A stretch of DNA of 64,000 bases from an uncultured Gemmatimonadaceae bacterium (GCA_963829055.1 CAWHHI010000003.1:416001-480000), one strand, 5' to 3'. Shown: positions 31,930 to 42,678, numbered from the stretch's first letter. Notes: generated by a model from the letters alone, not told the origin. Translations and numbers: made by a program.

Positions 31930-32507
31930 TGCGTGACCGCGCGAATGTTGAGGATACCTGTGTACGCACCTGGAGTGAGCACGCGACCCACGAGATCCAG
32001 CTGGAGCTCCAGATCGAACGTGAGCGTTCCGGTCTTGCTGTAGCCCAGCACAGGCTGCGTGGCGAGCGAGAGACTTCCCCCGGGCATGCCGATTCCGCCA
32101 GCCGCGCTCTGCGTGAACGCGGTGAATGCCGTCGGCGCCCCAGGAGTTCCCGCCGTCAGCACACGTCCCTTGAGCCAACTCGATGGAATGGACGCAGGCC
32201 CGCTGGTCATCGCCGCCGACGGATCACTGAAATAGCCGATCACCTGCACCGACCCCGTGGACGGGTGCAGATCCCATGTGAGCGTGATGCCGACAGGGAA
32301 AGGGAACGAGGTGGCGACGTCGTCCGAGACGCTGCCGAGCGCCTGGATCGCGCCTGCGTTGACACTCACTGCGATAGACCCGGTAATCTCCGCACTCGCC
32401 GTCGGGAGCGCACTGACAGTCGATCGCACGCCCGCCTGCGCGCCCGCGGCTCCGGTGAGGAGCATCGAACCGACGAACGCAGGAATGCACGACCGCACGA
32501 ACCGCAT
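31926..32507 (-). CDS. Secreted pilin-like subunit 2
   Basis: Signal peptide AGA-Q; paralog of 33263..33841; ends PGAYTGILNIRAVTQ. Confidence 0.65.
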   Translation of the reverse strand: MRFVRSCIPAFVGSMLLTGAAGAQAGVRSTVSALPTASAEITGSIAVSVNAGAIQALGSVSDDVATSFPFPVGITLTWDLHPSTGSVQVIGYFSDPSAAMTSGPASIPSSWLKGRVLTAGTPGAPTAFTAFTQSAAGGIGMPGGSLSLATQPVLGYSKTGTLTFDLELQLDLVGRVLTPGAYTGILNIRAVTQ

Positions 32508-32540
32508 GAATGGGCGACGAGAGGCGAGGTGGCGGTGCGA

Positions 32541-33260
32541 CTACGCGCTGATCAGTTCAGATCGCTTGCGTCGCTCCTCCACAGTGAAGTTCGCGAAGCG
32601 GAGAATGAGTTTCTCGGGAGTGAGGTCATCACTCCATGGAATCTCGAGCACGCGGCGGCTATGTGGAAACAGTGGGAACGCGCCGCCCGGGGTCGGCTTT
32701 TTTCCGCCGACGCTCACCTCGCTGCTGAGCACTCGCCCTAACGCGGCGCTGGAATTCTCCAGCTCAACGTGAACCCGTTTTGCGGCCGAGTCGAAGTCGA
32801 ACGCGTGAACGATCACGTCGGCTTGTCGCAGCGGCTGCGGCTGGAGCATGTACACGACGTGCGGCAGCTCGATGCGGACATTGAGGCCCGTCTGCGTCCG
32901 CGCTCCCGTTAGGGTGCTGCTGATGAGGAACCACGACGGAAAACTCTTGGCGGTCGCCTCGTAGAACACGGTGTAGGTCTCGCGCGGCGGAATGCGAAAG
33001 CTCATCGCCGAGATCTTGACCCGCATGCGCGTGGTATCGAGCGGTTCCTCGATCAGCTCACCAGTCGGCTCCACGTGAAAACCACGCGGCTCGAGCACCA
33101 CGGTCAGCGGGAACAACGTCTCGTTGACGAGCTCGAACTTGCCACGCGCCTGTTCGGAAAACTCGACGACCGCCGGGCGCACGGTCTGCGCCTCCAGCGG
33201 TCGTACGATACCAGCGGTCATCACGATTGCGGCGAATCGAGCTCCGCCAGCCCACGTCAT
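32541..33260 (-). CDS. Putative periplasmic pilus chaperone-like protein
   Basis: Signal peptide LEA-Q; TVRPAVVEF, FELVNET, FRIPPRET, VELENSS..LGR, LFPHSRR suggest a two-Ig-domain chaperone pattern. Confidence 0.6.
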   Translation of the reverse strand: MTWAGGARFAAIVMTAGIVRPLEAQTVRPAVVEFSEQARGKFELVNETLFPLTVVLEPRGFHVEPTGELIEEPLDTTRMRVKISAMSFRIPPRETYTVFYEATAKSFPSWFLISSTLTGARTQTGLNVRIELPHVVYMLQPQPLRQADVIVHAFDFDSAAKRVHVELENSSAALGRVLSSEVSVGGKKPTPGGAFPLFPHSRRVLEIPWSDDLTPEKLILRFANFTVEERRKRSELISA

Positions 33261-33262
33261 CA

Positions 33263-33841
33263 CTATTGGGTAACCGCGCGAAGATTGAGCGTGCCGGTGT
33301 ACGTACCAGGGGTCGTCGTCTGCCCCGTGAGATCGAGCTGCAACTCGAGGTCGATCGTACGGGTCGACTTCTTGTTCGCCCCCGTAATGGTCTCGGTGAA
33401 CAACGTTAGGCTCCCGCTCGCCGTTCCAACGCCGCCAACCGCGCTCTGCGTGAACGCCGTGAACGATGCGGGCGCGCCCGGCGTGGCGGCGGTCGTCACG
33501 CGGCCCTTCACTTGGGTCGTCGCAATGTTGAACGTGCCGTTCGTGAGTGCAGCCGCGGCGCTCGAGAAGTAGCCGACGAGCGACACCGACGCGGCCGACG
33601 GATTGATATCCCAGCTGGTCGTGATGTTCACGGCCGACGGGAAGTTGTTCGTGGCGTTGTCGGTGATGCTCGCGATGCTCTGCGTGCCCCCCGAGTTCAC
33701 CGCGACAGTCAGCGAGGTCGCCTTCACGGCGCTCAACGACACGTTGGCGACGTTCGACGTCAGACCGGCTTGGGCCGAAGCCTTCGCGGAAACCAGCGCG
33801 AACGTCGCAACGGCGACGGGAAGAATGCGGAGTCGAATCAT
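33263..33841 (-). CDS. Secreted pilin-like subunit 1 (probable major subunit)
   Basis: Signal peptide ASA-Q; Thr/Ser/Ala-rich, Cys-free; ends PGTYTGTLNLRAVTQ. Confidence 0.7.
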   Translation of the reverse strand: MIRLRILPVAVATFALVSAKASAQAGLTSNVANVSLSAVKATSLTVAVNSGGTQSIASITDNATNNFPSAVNITTSWDINPSAASVSLVGYFSSAAAALTNGTFNIATTQVKGRVTTAATPGAPASFTAFTQSAVGGVGTASGSLTLFTETITGANKKSTRTIDLELQLDLTGQTTTPGTYTGTLNLRAVTQ

Positions 33842-34511
33842 TCAGCGAGTACCTGTCAGAGGGTGGCAGAGACCGGCGCACAGTGCGCAAGTCATTGTGC
33901 TGGAGCGCACAAAACCGGGCTGATCCGTTCCGCTCCACCCGCGCCGTTGACGAACGATCTGTGCCGCCGTCACCCTGCTCGACACTGTACTGGAACGCGA
34001 CATCGGGTCGGACGCCCACGAATCGGCGCCCGTGACGACTGGAAATTCATCCTGCGGATCGTCGTCGCGCTAACTGGTTGTCGCGTTCCCCGACACCGCG
34101 TCACGAGCGCTCGACGTTCGATCGCAAACTCAAGCGCGGCAACGCGTTCAAGTTTTTGAGCCGATCTGCCGATACTGCGATCTTTTTGTCGACTGTGAGG
34201 GGTCCAGGTGGGTCGCGATTCCGGCACAATCGAGCGCCGCAGCATCACGTTTTACCGCGGTCACGGAGTGCCACGTGGGACCATTTCTTCGATGCCCACT
34301 CCGCTCATGTCGACCACGAGCCGGCACAACGGCGACGTTGCAATCCGCAAGAAGCCAGTGATTCTGCAATGTCACCGCGCGGGTACGATGCGACTTCGGG
34401 AGTGCGACTCGCGAACGCAGCAGAACCGCGCTATCGTCGCCACGTCATCGGGCTCGGCACTGCGCGCGAATCTTGCGCAGAAGCGCCCTGTACCTTCCCT
34501 CGAGGAATTCA

Positions 34512-34886
34512 ATGATGGCGACAGCATCGAAGTCGTCAGGCGGGAAATCGCGCAGCAAGTCGACGGCAGCGTCGAAGGCCGGTGCAGCGCGAGGCAAGAC
34601 CAGTAAGGCCAGCACGAAGACCGGTACGAAGACCAGCGCGAAGCCAGCGACGAAAGCCTCAGCTGGCACGAAGCGAAAGAACGCTCCGAAGGTCGTCTCG
34701 CGCTCCAAGGCGAAGAAGTCAGCGGCAAAGCGGCCGGCGAAGCGAGCTGCCAGGAAGCAGTCTCCCGTAACGCGCATCAAGCGTGTCGCCAACGCAGTAC
34801 TTCAGCAGGGCGCGACCGCCGCGAAGCAGAGTGTCGAGGCAGTCGAGCGTCTCGTCGAGGGCGTGAAGGACCGCGTCACGACCTGA
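34512..34886 (+). CDS. Small Lys/Ser/Ala-rich basic (histone-like) protein
   Basis: GAGGA RBS; K/S/A/T-rich N region and amphipathic C-terminal helix. Confidence 0.7.
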   Translation: MMATASKSSGGKSRSKSTAASKAGAARGKTSKASTKTGTKTSAKPATKASAGTKRKNAPKVVSRSKAKKSAAKRPAKRAARKQSPVTRIKRVANAVLQQGATAAKQSVEAVERLVEGVKDRVTT

Positions 34887-34921
34887 TCACGGCAGGGCTT
34901 TATCGGAGTTCCATGCTCGGG

Positions 34922-34946
34922 CGGGACGGCGTTGTCCGCCGTCCCG
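34922..34946. terminator. Hairpin between convergent genes
   Basis: cgggacggcg-ttgtc-cgccgtcccg. Confidence 0.5.
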
Positions 34947-34980
34947 TTCGGCCATCACGGGGACCGTTGGCGCGTCGCAC

Positions 34981-35899
34981 TTACCCGACCGACCGTTCCT
35001 CGCGACCCCGCGGAGCGTGCGTGCTCAACCAACTGGCGACGGCGGCGAAGATCGCATCTCGGCCGTAGTCGACGGTGATGATGTGGCCGTTCCCCTCTGT
35101 CCAGACGAGTTGACGCTCGCTCGCCGTGAACAGGGCGAACGCGCGCTCGGCGGCGTCCGCCGGGATGCGGTGGTCCTGGCGTGATTGAACGACGAGCGTT
35201 GGTGCGGAGACCTTCGGTGCCGCTTTGCGGGCGCGCTCGACGACGCGGGCGAGCTCGAACACGAGGCGCGGTGTTGTGAAACCGTAGGCGAGGTTGCGAG
35301 CGACTTCGGCCGGGTCTCGTATGGACCGCTCACCTCCGCCGCGGAGATACGGAAGCGGCACGCCGAGGACGTGGTGAAAGAGAGCGGCACGACGCAGCCG
35401 CGTGGGCATGCTGAGGTACGGCGCGAGCAACACCAGGGCTGCCAAGTCCGACATCTCGGCTGCGAGGATCGTCGCGAGCGAACCCCCCATCGAGAGACCG
35501 ATTACCGAGACCGTTTCGTAGCGGGACCGGAGCGACTCCACTTCCGCGCGCGCGGACTCGATCCAGTCGTCGGCGCGGCTCGCGGCGAAGTCGGTGAGCG
35601 TCCGCCCATGACCCGGCAGGAGCGGCGCTCGCACCGTCCAGCCCTGTGCGTTGATCGCCTGCGCGAGATACCCGAGCGTCTGCGGCGTGTCGCCGAAGCC
35701 ATGAAGCATCAACACGGCGGCACCGCCCGTCCGCGGGCAGGTCGATGGGTGCGGCCCCGAAAACGATACCATCGGGCCGCAGCGTTAGGCGCGTCCCGAC
35801 ATCCGCGTGAGCCCGCGTCGTCGTCCGCGAGCGCAGCATGAGGACGCCGGCGGCGACGAGCACGAATGCGAGGAGCACGAACGCGACGAGCGCGATCAC
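34981..35899 (-). CDS. Membrane-anchored alpha/beta hydrolase (carboxylesterase-like), frameshift near 35735
   Basis: LHGFG, GLSMGG, QDH, GHIIT; N-terminal TM in the adjacent frame. Confidence 0.85.
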
Positions 35900-35924
35900 G
35901 CTCCCTCGCGATCCGTCACGCGCG

Positions 35925-37107
35925 TCAGTACGTCGGAACGGATGCGTCGACCTCCTCGCTCCACCGGTCTATGCCTCCTGACAGGTTCCAGACGCGATCA
36001 AAACCTTGCGCGACAAGGTGCTCGCCGGCAGCAAGACTCCGGGACCCGTGGTGGCAATAGAGAACGATGTCGCGATCGCGGGCGAGCTCCGCCACGGACA
36101 TGCCGATGCGGCCCAGCGGAATGAGGCGCGCTCCCTCGATCCGAGCAATCCGCCATTCGTACGGCTCGCGCACGTCAATGAGATCGATCGCGTCGCCGCG
36201 ACGTAGCCGCTCGGACAGTTCTCGCGGCGCGATGTCGCGGACAGTGTCCGAGCGCGTGGCATCGCGAGACGACGGCGTTCCGCAGAACTCGTCGTAGTCG
36301 ATCAGCGCCGTCAGCTCGCGCGTGCCGCACGCGGGACAGTCGGGATCTCGGCGAAGCTGGATGGTTCGGAAGTGCATTCGCAACGCATCCACCAGCAGCA
36401 GTCGGCCGGCGAGCGTGTCACCCACGCCGAGGATCAACTTGATCGCCTCGGTCGCCTGGATGGTGCCGATGAGACCCGGAAGCACGCCCAGCACCCCCGC
36501 CTCCGCACAACTCGGGACGAGCCCCGGAGGCGGCGGCTCTCGAAAGAGACAGCGGTAGCACGGTCCGTTGGGCGTGGCGAACACAGATGCTTGGCCTTCA
36601 AAGCGAAGGACGCTGCCGTAGACGTTCGGACGGCCGAGCAGGACGCAGGCGTCGTTCGTCAGATACCGCGTCTTGAAATTGTCGGTGCCGTCGATGACGA
36701 CGTCGTATGCGCCAATGACCTCGAGCGCATTCGACGCCGTGAGCTCCGCGTCGATCGTCTCGACGTGCACCAGCGGATTGATGGCCTGCAGCCGAGCGCG
36801 CGCCGATGCCGTTTTTCGCGAGCCGATACCGTGCGTATCGTGCAGCACCTGTCGTTGGAGGTTGCTGAGATCGACGTCATCGAAATCGGCGATTCCGAGT
36901 CCGACCGACGCCCGCCGCAGCAAGGTAGAGCGCGGCGGGCGAGCCCAGGCCGCCCGCCCCGACGATGAGCACACTCGCCTGCTTCAGTCGACGCTGGCCG
37001 CTCTCACCAACCTCCGTCAGACCAATATGCCGACTGTACCGGACGAGCTCTTCGGGCTCGAGCTGACTCTCCGGTGAGATTGCGTCGACGAACGAGGATT
37101 TGGGCAT
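35925..37107 (-). CDS. moeB: MoeB/ThiF adenylyltransferase fused to rhodanese (MoeZ type), frameshift near 36900
   Basis: [30 protein letters not shown], rhodanese YCHHGSRS. Confidence 0.9.
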
Positions 37108-37233
37108 CGCGCGAGACATACGCCGTGGTGAATGGCGGGGAGGCCAGGCGGGAGCCCCAATATACTCCCGCGCGCGACGGCGTCTGTGCGCAATGGTGTG
37201 TCGGCTGCCGGGCCCGGGCCGGGCCGCGGCGAA

Positions 37234-37977
37234 CTAGTCGCGCACGGCGAGGGGGATCTCGCCCGTGACGGTCAGCGGGACCTCGCCATCGAGTCGGCTG
37301 TTGTCGAGCCGCTCAGTGAGCGCGCTCACCGACGGAATGTAGATCGTGGTGCCACTGCGTTCGGCAAGGCCCTCGGCGACCAATCGTGTGAGCACGAGCG
37401 ACACCGACTCTCGCGTGGCTCCGACTAGCTCGCAGAGCAACTTGTACTGCGCCGAGCCCAAGGCGATGCGACCATCGTCAGTCGTGAAGACGCGCGAACG
37501 AGCGAGGTGAACCAAAGACGAGATCAGGCGTTGTTCGACACTGAGTGTTGCCAGCTCGCGGAGCTTCTCGAGCAGGGCGGTTCGCTCATCCACCATTTGC
37601 CCCATGAGAGACAACGCGTGCTGTGGCCGCTCGCGAACGAATTGTCGGAACCGAGCGCTGCTGAGATGCAGGGTGTCTGATTCCTCATCGGCGCGTGCGT
37701 CAGTCGCGTAACGCGCGTTGACGGCCAGCCCTTCCCATCCGAAGGTCTCTCCCTCACGCGCGAGCGCTGGCACGAACGCCCGACCAGCTTTCACGCGACT
37801 CCGGAGGACGATACGACCACGCAGGACGATGAACATTCCGTCCGCAAACGCGCCGCGCTGATAGACGACGAACCCCGCGGGCCAGGTCGCCTTCGCGGCG
37901 TACGCAGCGACGGCTTCCGCTACGTCTGCCGGCAATCGTTTGTCCCGTCGCTTCACTTCTGTATCCAGCAACTTCAT
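37234..37977 (-). CDS. Crp/Fnr-family transcriptional regulator
   Basis: cNMP-binding-like domain (GETFGWE), VEQRL, HTH ELVGATRESVSLVL. Confidence 0.88.
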   Translation of the reverse strand: MKLLDTEVKRRDKRLPADVAEAVAAYAAKATWPAGFVVYQRGAFADGMFIVLRGRIVLRSRVKAGRAFVPALAREGETFGWEGLAVNARYATDARADEESDTLHLSSARFRQFVRERPQHALSLMGQMVDERTALLEKLRELATLSVEQRLISSLVHLARSRVFTTDDGRIALGSAQYKLLCELVGATRESVSLVLTRLVAEGLAERSGTTIYIPSVSALTERLDNSRLDGEVPLTVTGEIPLAVRD

Positions 37978-38077
37978 ATCTCACAGCAGCTGACGAGAAG
38001 ATGATAGCTGCAATGTCCGTTCCGTCTGGACAGGTCGTGTGTTCGACGCTTGCTTTGAACAGCAACTTCCTCTCTAC

Positions 38078-39848
38078 ATGCCCGCCTCCACACCAACGGT
38101 TGATCGCCGCTCGATTCCCGCGGTGGCGATCATCGGCAACGATGCTGTGCTAGTGGCTGCGCCGGCGACGCCGGTGCAGTTGTCGCACGCCTGTCTGCGT
38201 CGTGGATTCTCGGTTGCTGTACCGGCAAGTTGGGGTGACGAGTTGATCGCCGCCGAGGCCATGCGGAAGCTCGCGTCGCGAGACAAAGGACCAGCCGTGA
38301 TGTGCGTGTGCCCTTACGCGCGGTCACGCTTGCTCACGCCAGGCCCCGATCTCGAGCCGTTCCTCGTCTCGCTCGTCGCGCCGCCGGTGGCCACGGCACG
38401 CTACCTCCGCGCCGTGTACGGCGAGCGCGGAGTACACATCACGTACATCGGCTCGTGCCCCAGCGCGAACGACCCGGCGATCGATGAGCGCCTAACGCCC
38501 GACGCGTTTCTGGCCGACCTCGCTGAGCGAGGGATCGCGCTCTCCGAGCAGCCGCTCGTGTTCGACTCGATCGTTCCGCCGGACCGCCGTCGTTGGTGTT
38601 CGCTGGCTGGCGGGGTACCGAGTGGCGAAATGCCCGGCAGTGACGCGGACACCCGCACGCTCATCGAGATCGAGCGCGACGATGTGTCCACGGATCTCGC
38701 GCAGCATATCATCGCCCGTGAGAACGTGCTGCTCGATCTCGCACCGGGTCTCGGCTGCGCGTGCAGCGGGGCGATCGGCCCTCTGAGGCCGCGCGGTGCT
38801 CGCGCGGCCGTCACCGCCCTCGAGCCACCTCGCGCGCTCGGCCCCGTCGTTGACCTCACGGTCGTCGTAGCCCTGGATGCGCCGCTCTCGGCGCCGGTGA
38901 TTGCACCGACTGCCAGCTCGCCGGCGGTCTCCCGCGAGACGCACACCGACCTCCTCGAGCGGCAGCTGGACGAGATGCTGGGGGTCGAAGCGAGTCACCC
39001 GGAGATGAAGCGCGCGTTGGACGCGGAGTTCGAAGCCGAACTGGACGCAGACCTCGCCGAGGTCTTTCTCGCGGCTGGCCGTCCCGCCGAAGCACCACAT
39101 CATCCGGAATCACTGGCGTCGGAATCGGAATTGCCGCTTGAGCCGTCCGTTGTCCCCGGGTCAGGAGACCCGCGGGGCGGCATAGGGACGACCGCGTTCA
39201 GTCCGACGGAGGACGTTAGCGACGCTGCGGTTGCGGACCGCGACGTCGAGAGTCGCGACATCGTTGGGAGTCACGTGGAAGCGCCAAGGCATCACGTGCG
39301 TCGTCGAACGCCGCCGTCAACGCCCTCGCGCTACGCGGGCAACAGCGTTCCGACGGCGACGGGAACGGATGGGCGGCCGCTACCACGTGCGTACGTCGCG
39401 AAGCGGCGGACGCCTTCCGTGGGAATCCCAACTATTGATGAGTCCCTGCCCCCCGTGACTGACACTGCGCCTTCGCCAGACGAGCAGGCCGCTGTGGGGC
39501 CCCCTCCGTTCGAGGACATGGCATCATTGGCTGCAGCAGACGCTATCACAGGCGAGGTGCCCGCATCCACAGGGTCGCCGAGAGCCGAGAGCGAGGAGGT
39601 TGCCGCCACCGTCAGTGACATCGCGGATTCATCTGCAGCCGCAGCGAGTTGATCCACCTTCAGCAGAGTCGGGTGAGCGTACCGAATCAGGCGGGGCGCC
39701 GCGTGTCGAGCCGCCTGCCGGCCCTCAGGTCAGCTCGAGCGGCGCCGCCGCTGCCGCGGCTCTGCCGAATCAGGACATATTGAGGATGCTGACATTCGCC
39801 GTGTTGCTGGCGTTTGCGGCCGTCGTGTTGTACACGCTGCAGCCCTGA
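38078..39848 (+). CDS. Protein with degenerate [FeFe]-hydrogenase/Nar1-like N-terminal domain, disordered linker and probable C-terminal TM (frameshift near 39645)
   Basis: LRRGF..VPASWGDEL, VMCVCP, PPVATARYLR, YIGSCP, LDLAPGLGCACSG; TM helix in the 39600..39848 frame. Confidence 0.55.
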
Positions 39849-39901
39849 GCGTCCTCAGCAACATCTGCTGGAGCGTGAGCGGTCCGCCGCGTGTGCGTCA
39901 C

Positions 39902-42031
39902 CTAACGCCGAACCGATTGCGTCGCGTCGTCGAGCGCCGCCGTAGCCGCGTCGAAGCGTCGCGCCAGATCTTCGATCTCGCCCTGTACCAGTGTAGCGTC
40001 ACCAGTTCGTATGGCCTCGTTCACCGACGGGAACACGATGTTCGCGTACCCGTTGTTCTCGTCCGCGGCGTAAATGAGGTTGCGATACCACGGGCGCGTT
40101 TTCAGCCCCTGTGGTCGCGTGAGCGCCCGCTCGACGCGAAGCAGCGCGGCATTCGTGGTTCGACGTGTGGCTGCGGCCAGCGGGCGCGCCAGCGCTGAAT
40201 CGCGCGCCGACGCGAACGTGGCTGCGCTCTTCTCCATACGATCGATAGCCGTTGCGAGCACCGAGCTCGAGACGCGCCACTGACGAGACGCGATGCCCTT
40301 GTCGACGGCTGGCAGATAGCGGCGCATCGTTCGCGCGTACTCGACGTAGTCGTAGGGCACGATGTCGGCATTCGCGAGGCGAAGCGCCATTGCTGCACCG
40401 AGGCGGGCCGCGGTCGCGTGGTAGCGGTATCCGCTGTCGCCGAACGTTTCCATCCAATGGCGACTGTCATAGGCGGAGTGGTACACACCGCCTGCACCAC
40501 CGAATCCCCAGTCGGCGTGCGGAATGCCGAGGTGGTTATAGAAGCCGGCGAAGTCGGAGCCGCCGCCGGGATCGCCCATTTCGGGCTCGGCCGAGTCCGC
40601 AACGTTCGAGGCGCGTCGCCAGACGTCGTAGACACTGCCCTTCCCGTTAGGATCTGCGACCAATCGCGCAATCGATCGCACTGTCGCACGCAGTGACGGA
40701 GACCCGCCGGCTCCGAAGCTGGGGCCTTGCGCGGCGACGTCCTGATTCAGGTAGGCCACTGCGCCGCGCAACAGCCGAAGGCTGTCGTCCTCGACGTACT
40801 CGGTCGATCCGACCAACCCCCATTCCTCGGCATCCCAAGTAGCGAACACGATCGTGCGCTTGGGACGAATGCCGCGCTTGGCCAACTCGGCGACCGCGCG
40901 CGCGGACTCGAGTACGCTGACCGTGCCACTGACGTTGTCCGCGGCGCCGGGACCCCACGCGTCCCGGTGCCCTCCGATGACGATCATCTCATCTGGAAAC
41001 TCGGTGCCTCGAATGATCCCGAACGTGTCCCAGATGGTCTTGTATGGCGCCGTGGCCGTGTCGGTCATTACCGCCACGCGGGCGGAGACCGGGCCCGGTC
41101 CGACATGATACCGGAACGGGAGGCCACCCTGCCACGGCTGTGGAATGCGCGTGCCGCGAACGTCGCGCAGCAACTCGGCGGCGTTGCCGTACGAGATTGG
41201 GACGACGGGAATCCGCGACACGCCCGCCTCTGCGAGCGGGATGCGCTTCGCGCCCGCTCGGCTCGGCGTGCCGGGTGTCGTCGGATCACCAGCGCCGTTG
41301 AAGACGCTGCCGCGCTGGATGCCCTGTGACGGCCGCATGGGACCGGCGGGGTACACGTCCCCACGGACGAAGCCGTCGTCCGCCGGATCGCTGTAGATGA
41401 GCAGCGCCACCGCTCCGTGGCGTTCCGCCTCGCGCGCCTTGATCCCACGGAATGAACGGCCATAGCGCGCGACGGCGACCTTGCCCCGGACGGACACGCC
41501 TAACGAGTCGAGTGTGGCGTAATCCTCGATCAATCCGTAGTTCACGTAGACCACTTCGGCGGTGACGTCGCCGCTCCCACCGTAGCCATTGATGGGCGGT
41601 ACCTCGGGCATCGACGAGGTCGAGTCGCCCGCGACGGGCCCTTCGGTGAGCGCGAGCTCGCGAGCATCGGGTGACACGCGCCAGACGCGAATGCTCGTCG
41701 GATGCGGCATCCAGACCTGGTATGCACGGACCTCGGTCTCCAGACCCCACGATCGCATGCGGTCGATGACGTAGTCGCGCGTGCGCGCCTGTGCCGGAGT
41801 GCCCGACATGTGCGGTTCGCGAGACAGCGCTCGCGAATACTCCGCCGCGTTCGTCGGCGAGGGTAGTGCGATCGCATCCGCCTCTGTCCGACGTTCCACG
41901 CCGGCGTTCGCCGCCCCATACCCAGGGATGGCCGGCGGCGACTGCGTGCGCGCCGCAACGATGGCGAGCGCGAGCACGGACGTCAGTGCGCCGCGCGGAG
42001 AAAGGAGGCGGACCGCGAAGTTGGCAGCCAT
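39902..42031 (-). CDS. M28 peptidase (glutamate carboxypeptidase II-like) with PA and transferrin-receptor-like dimerisation domains
   Basis: VYVNYG, GGHRDAW, GAADNVSG, WDAEEWGLVGSTE, GSDF, YHSAYD. Confidence 0.92.
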   Translation of the reverse strand: MAANFAVRLLSPRGALTSVLALAIVAARTQSPPAIPGYGAANAGVERRTEADAIALPSPTNAAEYSRALSREPHMSGTPAQARTRDYVIDRMRSWGLETEVRAYQVWMPHPTSIRVWRVSPDARELALTEGPVAGDSTSSMPEVPPINGYGGSGDVTAEVVYVNYGLIEDYATLDSLGVSVRGKVAVARYGRSFRGIKAREAERHGAVALLIYSDPADDGFVRGDVYPAGPMRPSQGIQRGSVFNGAGDPTTPGTPSRAGAKRIPLAEAGVSRIPVVPISYGNAAELLRDVRGTRIPQPWQGGLPFRYHVGPGPVSARVAVMTDTATAPYKTIWDTFGIIRGTEFPDEMIVIGGHRDAWGPGAADNVSGTVSVLESARAVAELAKRGIRPKRTIVFATWDAEEWGLVGSTEYVEDDSLRLLRGAVAYLNQDVAAQGPSFGAGGSPSLRATVRSIARLVADPNGKGSVYDVWRRASNVADSAEPEMGDPGGGSDFAGFYNHLGIPHADWGFGGAGGVYHSAYDSRHWMETFGDSGYRYHATAARLGAAMALRLANADIVPYDYVEYARTMRRYLPAVDKGIASRQWRVSSSVLATAIDRMEKSAATFASARDSALARPLAAATRRTTNAALLRVERALTRPQGLKTRPWYRNLIYAADENNGYANIVFPSVNEAIRTGDATLVQGEIEDLARRFDAATAALDDATQSVRR

Positions 42032-42062
42032 GAGGGTCGAGTCGTGGGTTCGTTAGGGAGCG

Positions 42063-42674
42063 TTAGGCGTCGTCGAGTCGCTCGATCGCACGCGCGATCG
42101 CACGCTGCAACTGAATCTCGCGTTCGCCGGCGTTGATGACGGTATCTGGTAGCGCGGCGGCAAGTAGGGTGCACTGTCGTAGCATTTCGTCGCGCACGAT
42201 CGCCGGCGATGGGTCGCGGACACCAAGGCTCTGCAGCACCCCAGATGCAAGCACCCGGAGTTGATCGCGCGTCGTGTCGGTCAGCCCGTCGAGCGTGGGC
42301 GGGTCGAGTGGGGCTTCGATGACCGCGGGCTCGCCCGGCGGTCGTCGCCCCGTGGCCGCGCTCAGGGGTGCGAGTCGGACCACGAACGAACCGGGTGAGT
42401 GCTCACTATGCTCGAGTACAACGCCGCGCGTCGACAGGAACGCGATGAGGCGCCTAACGGCTTCGCGCACGACGGGTACTGCGCCGAAGCTCTGGTTCCC
42501 CCGCCCCGTGATCACGAGCACTTCACGGGCCCCTTCGGCCTGCTTCATACGCAACCAGCTTTCGGTGCGCTTCACCGCTTCCGCGGCGGTGGGCAGCGAT
42601 GCGCGGAGATTCAGCGTTCCGGTTCGCCCGAAGCGGATCTCGTCGAGCGCGTGTTGGAGCGGTCGTCGCGTCAC
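42063..42674 (-). CDS. Smr/MutS2-domain protein
   Basis: LNLR, VLVITGRGNQS, GSFVVRL. Confidence 0.75.
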   Translation of the reverse strand: MTRRPLQHALDEIRFGRTGTLNLRASLPTAAEAVKRTESWLRMKQAEGAREVLVITGRGNQSFGAVPVVREAVRRLIAFLSTRGVVLEHSEHSPGSFVVRLAPLSAATGRRPPGEPAVIEAPLDPPTLDGLTDTTRDQLRVLASGVLQSLGVRDPSPAIVRDEMLRQCTLLAAALPDTVINAGEREIQLQRAIARAIERLDDA

Positions 42675-42678
42675 GCCG

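Noticed and set aside
32541..34019. 492-aa ORF as a single protein
   Set aside because: The N-terminal half is an off-frame overlap with the pilin-like gene; the real gene starts at about 33260 with a signal peptide
38078..38830. Functional [FeFe] hydrogenase
   Set aside because: Catalytic motif residues are missing and there are no maturases in the window; retained only as a degenerate domain
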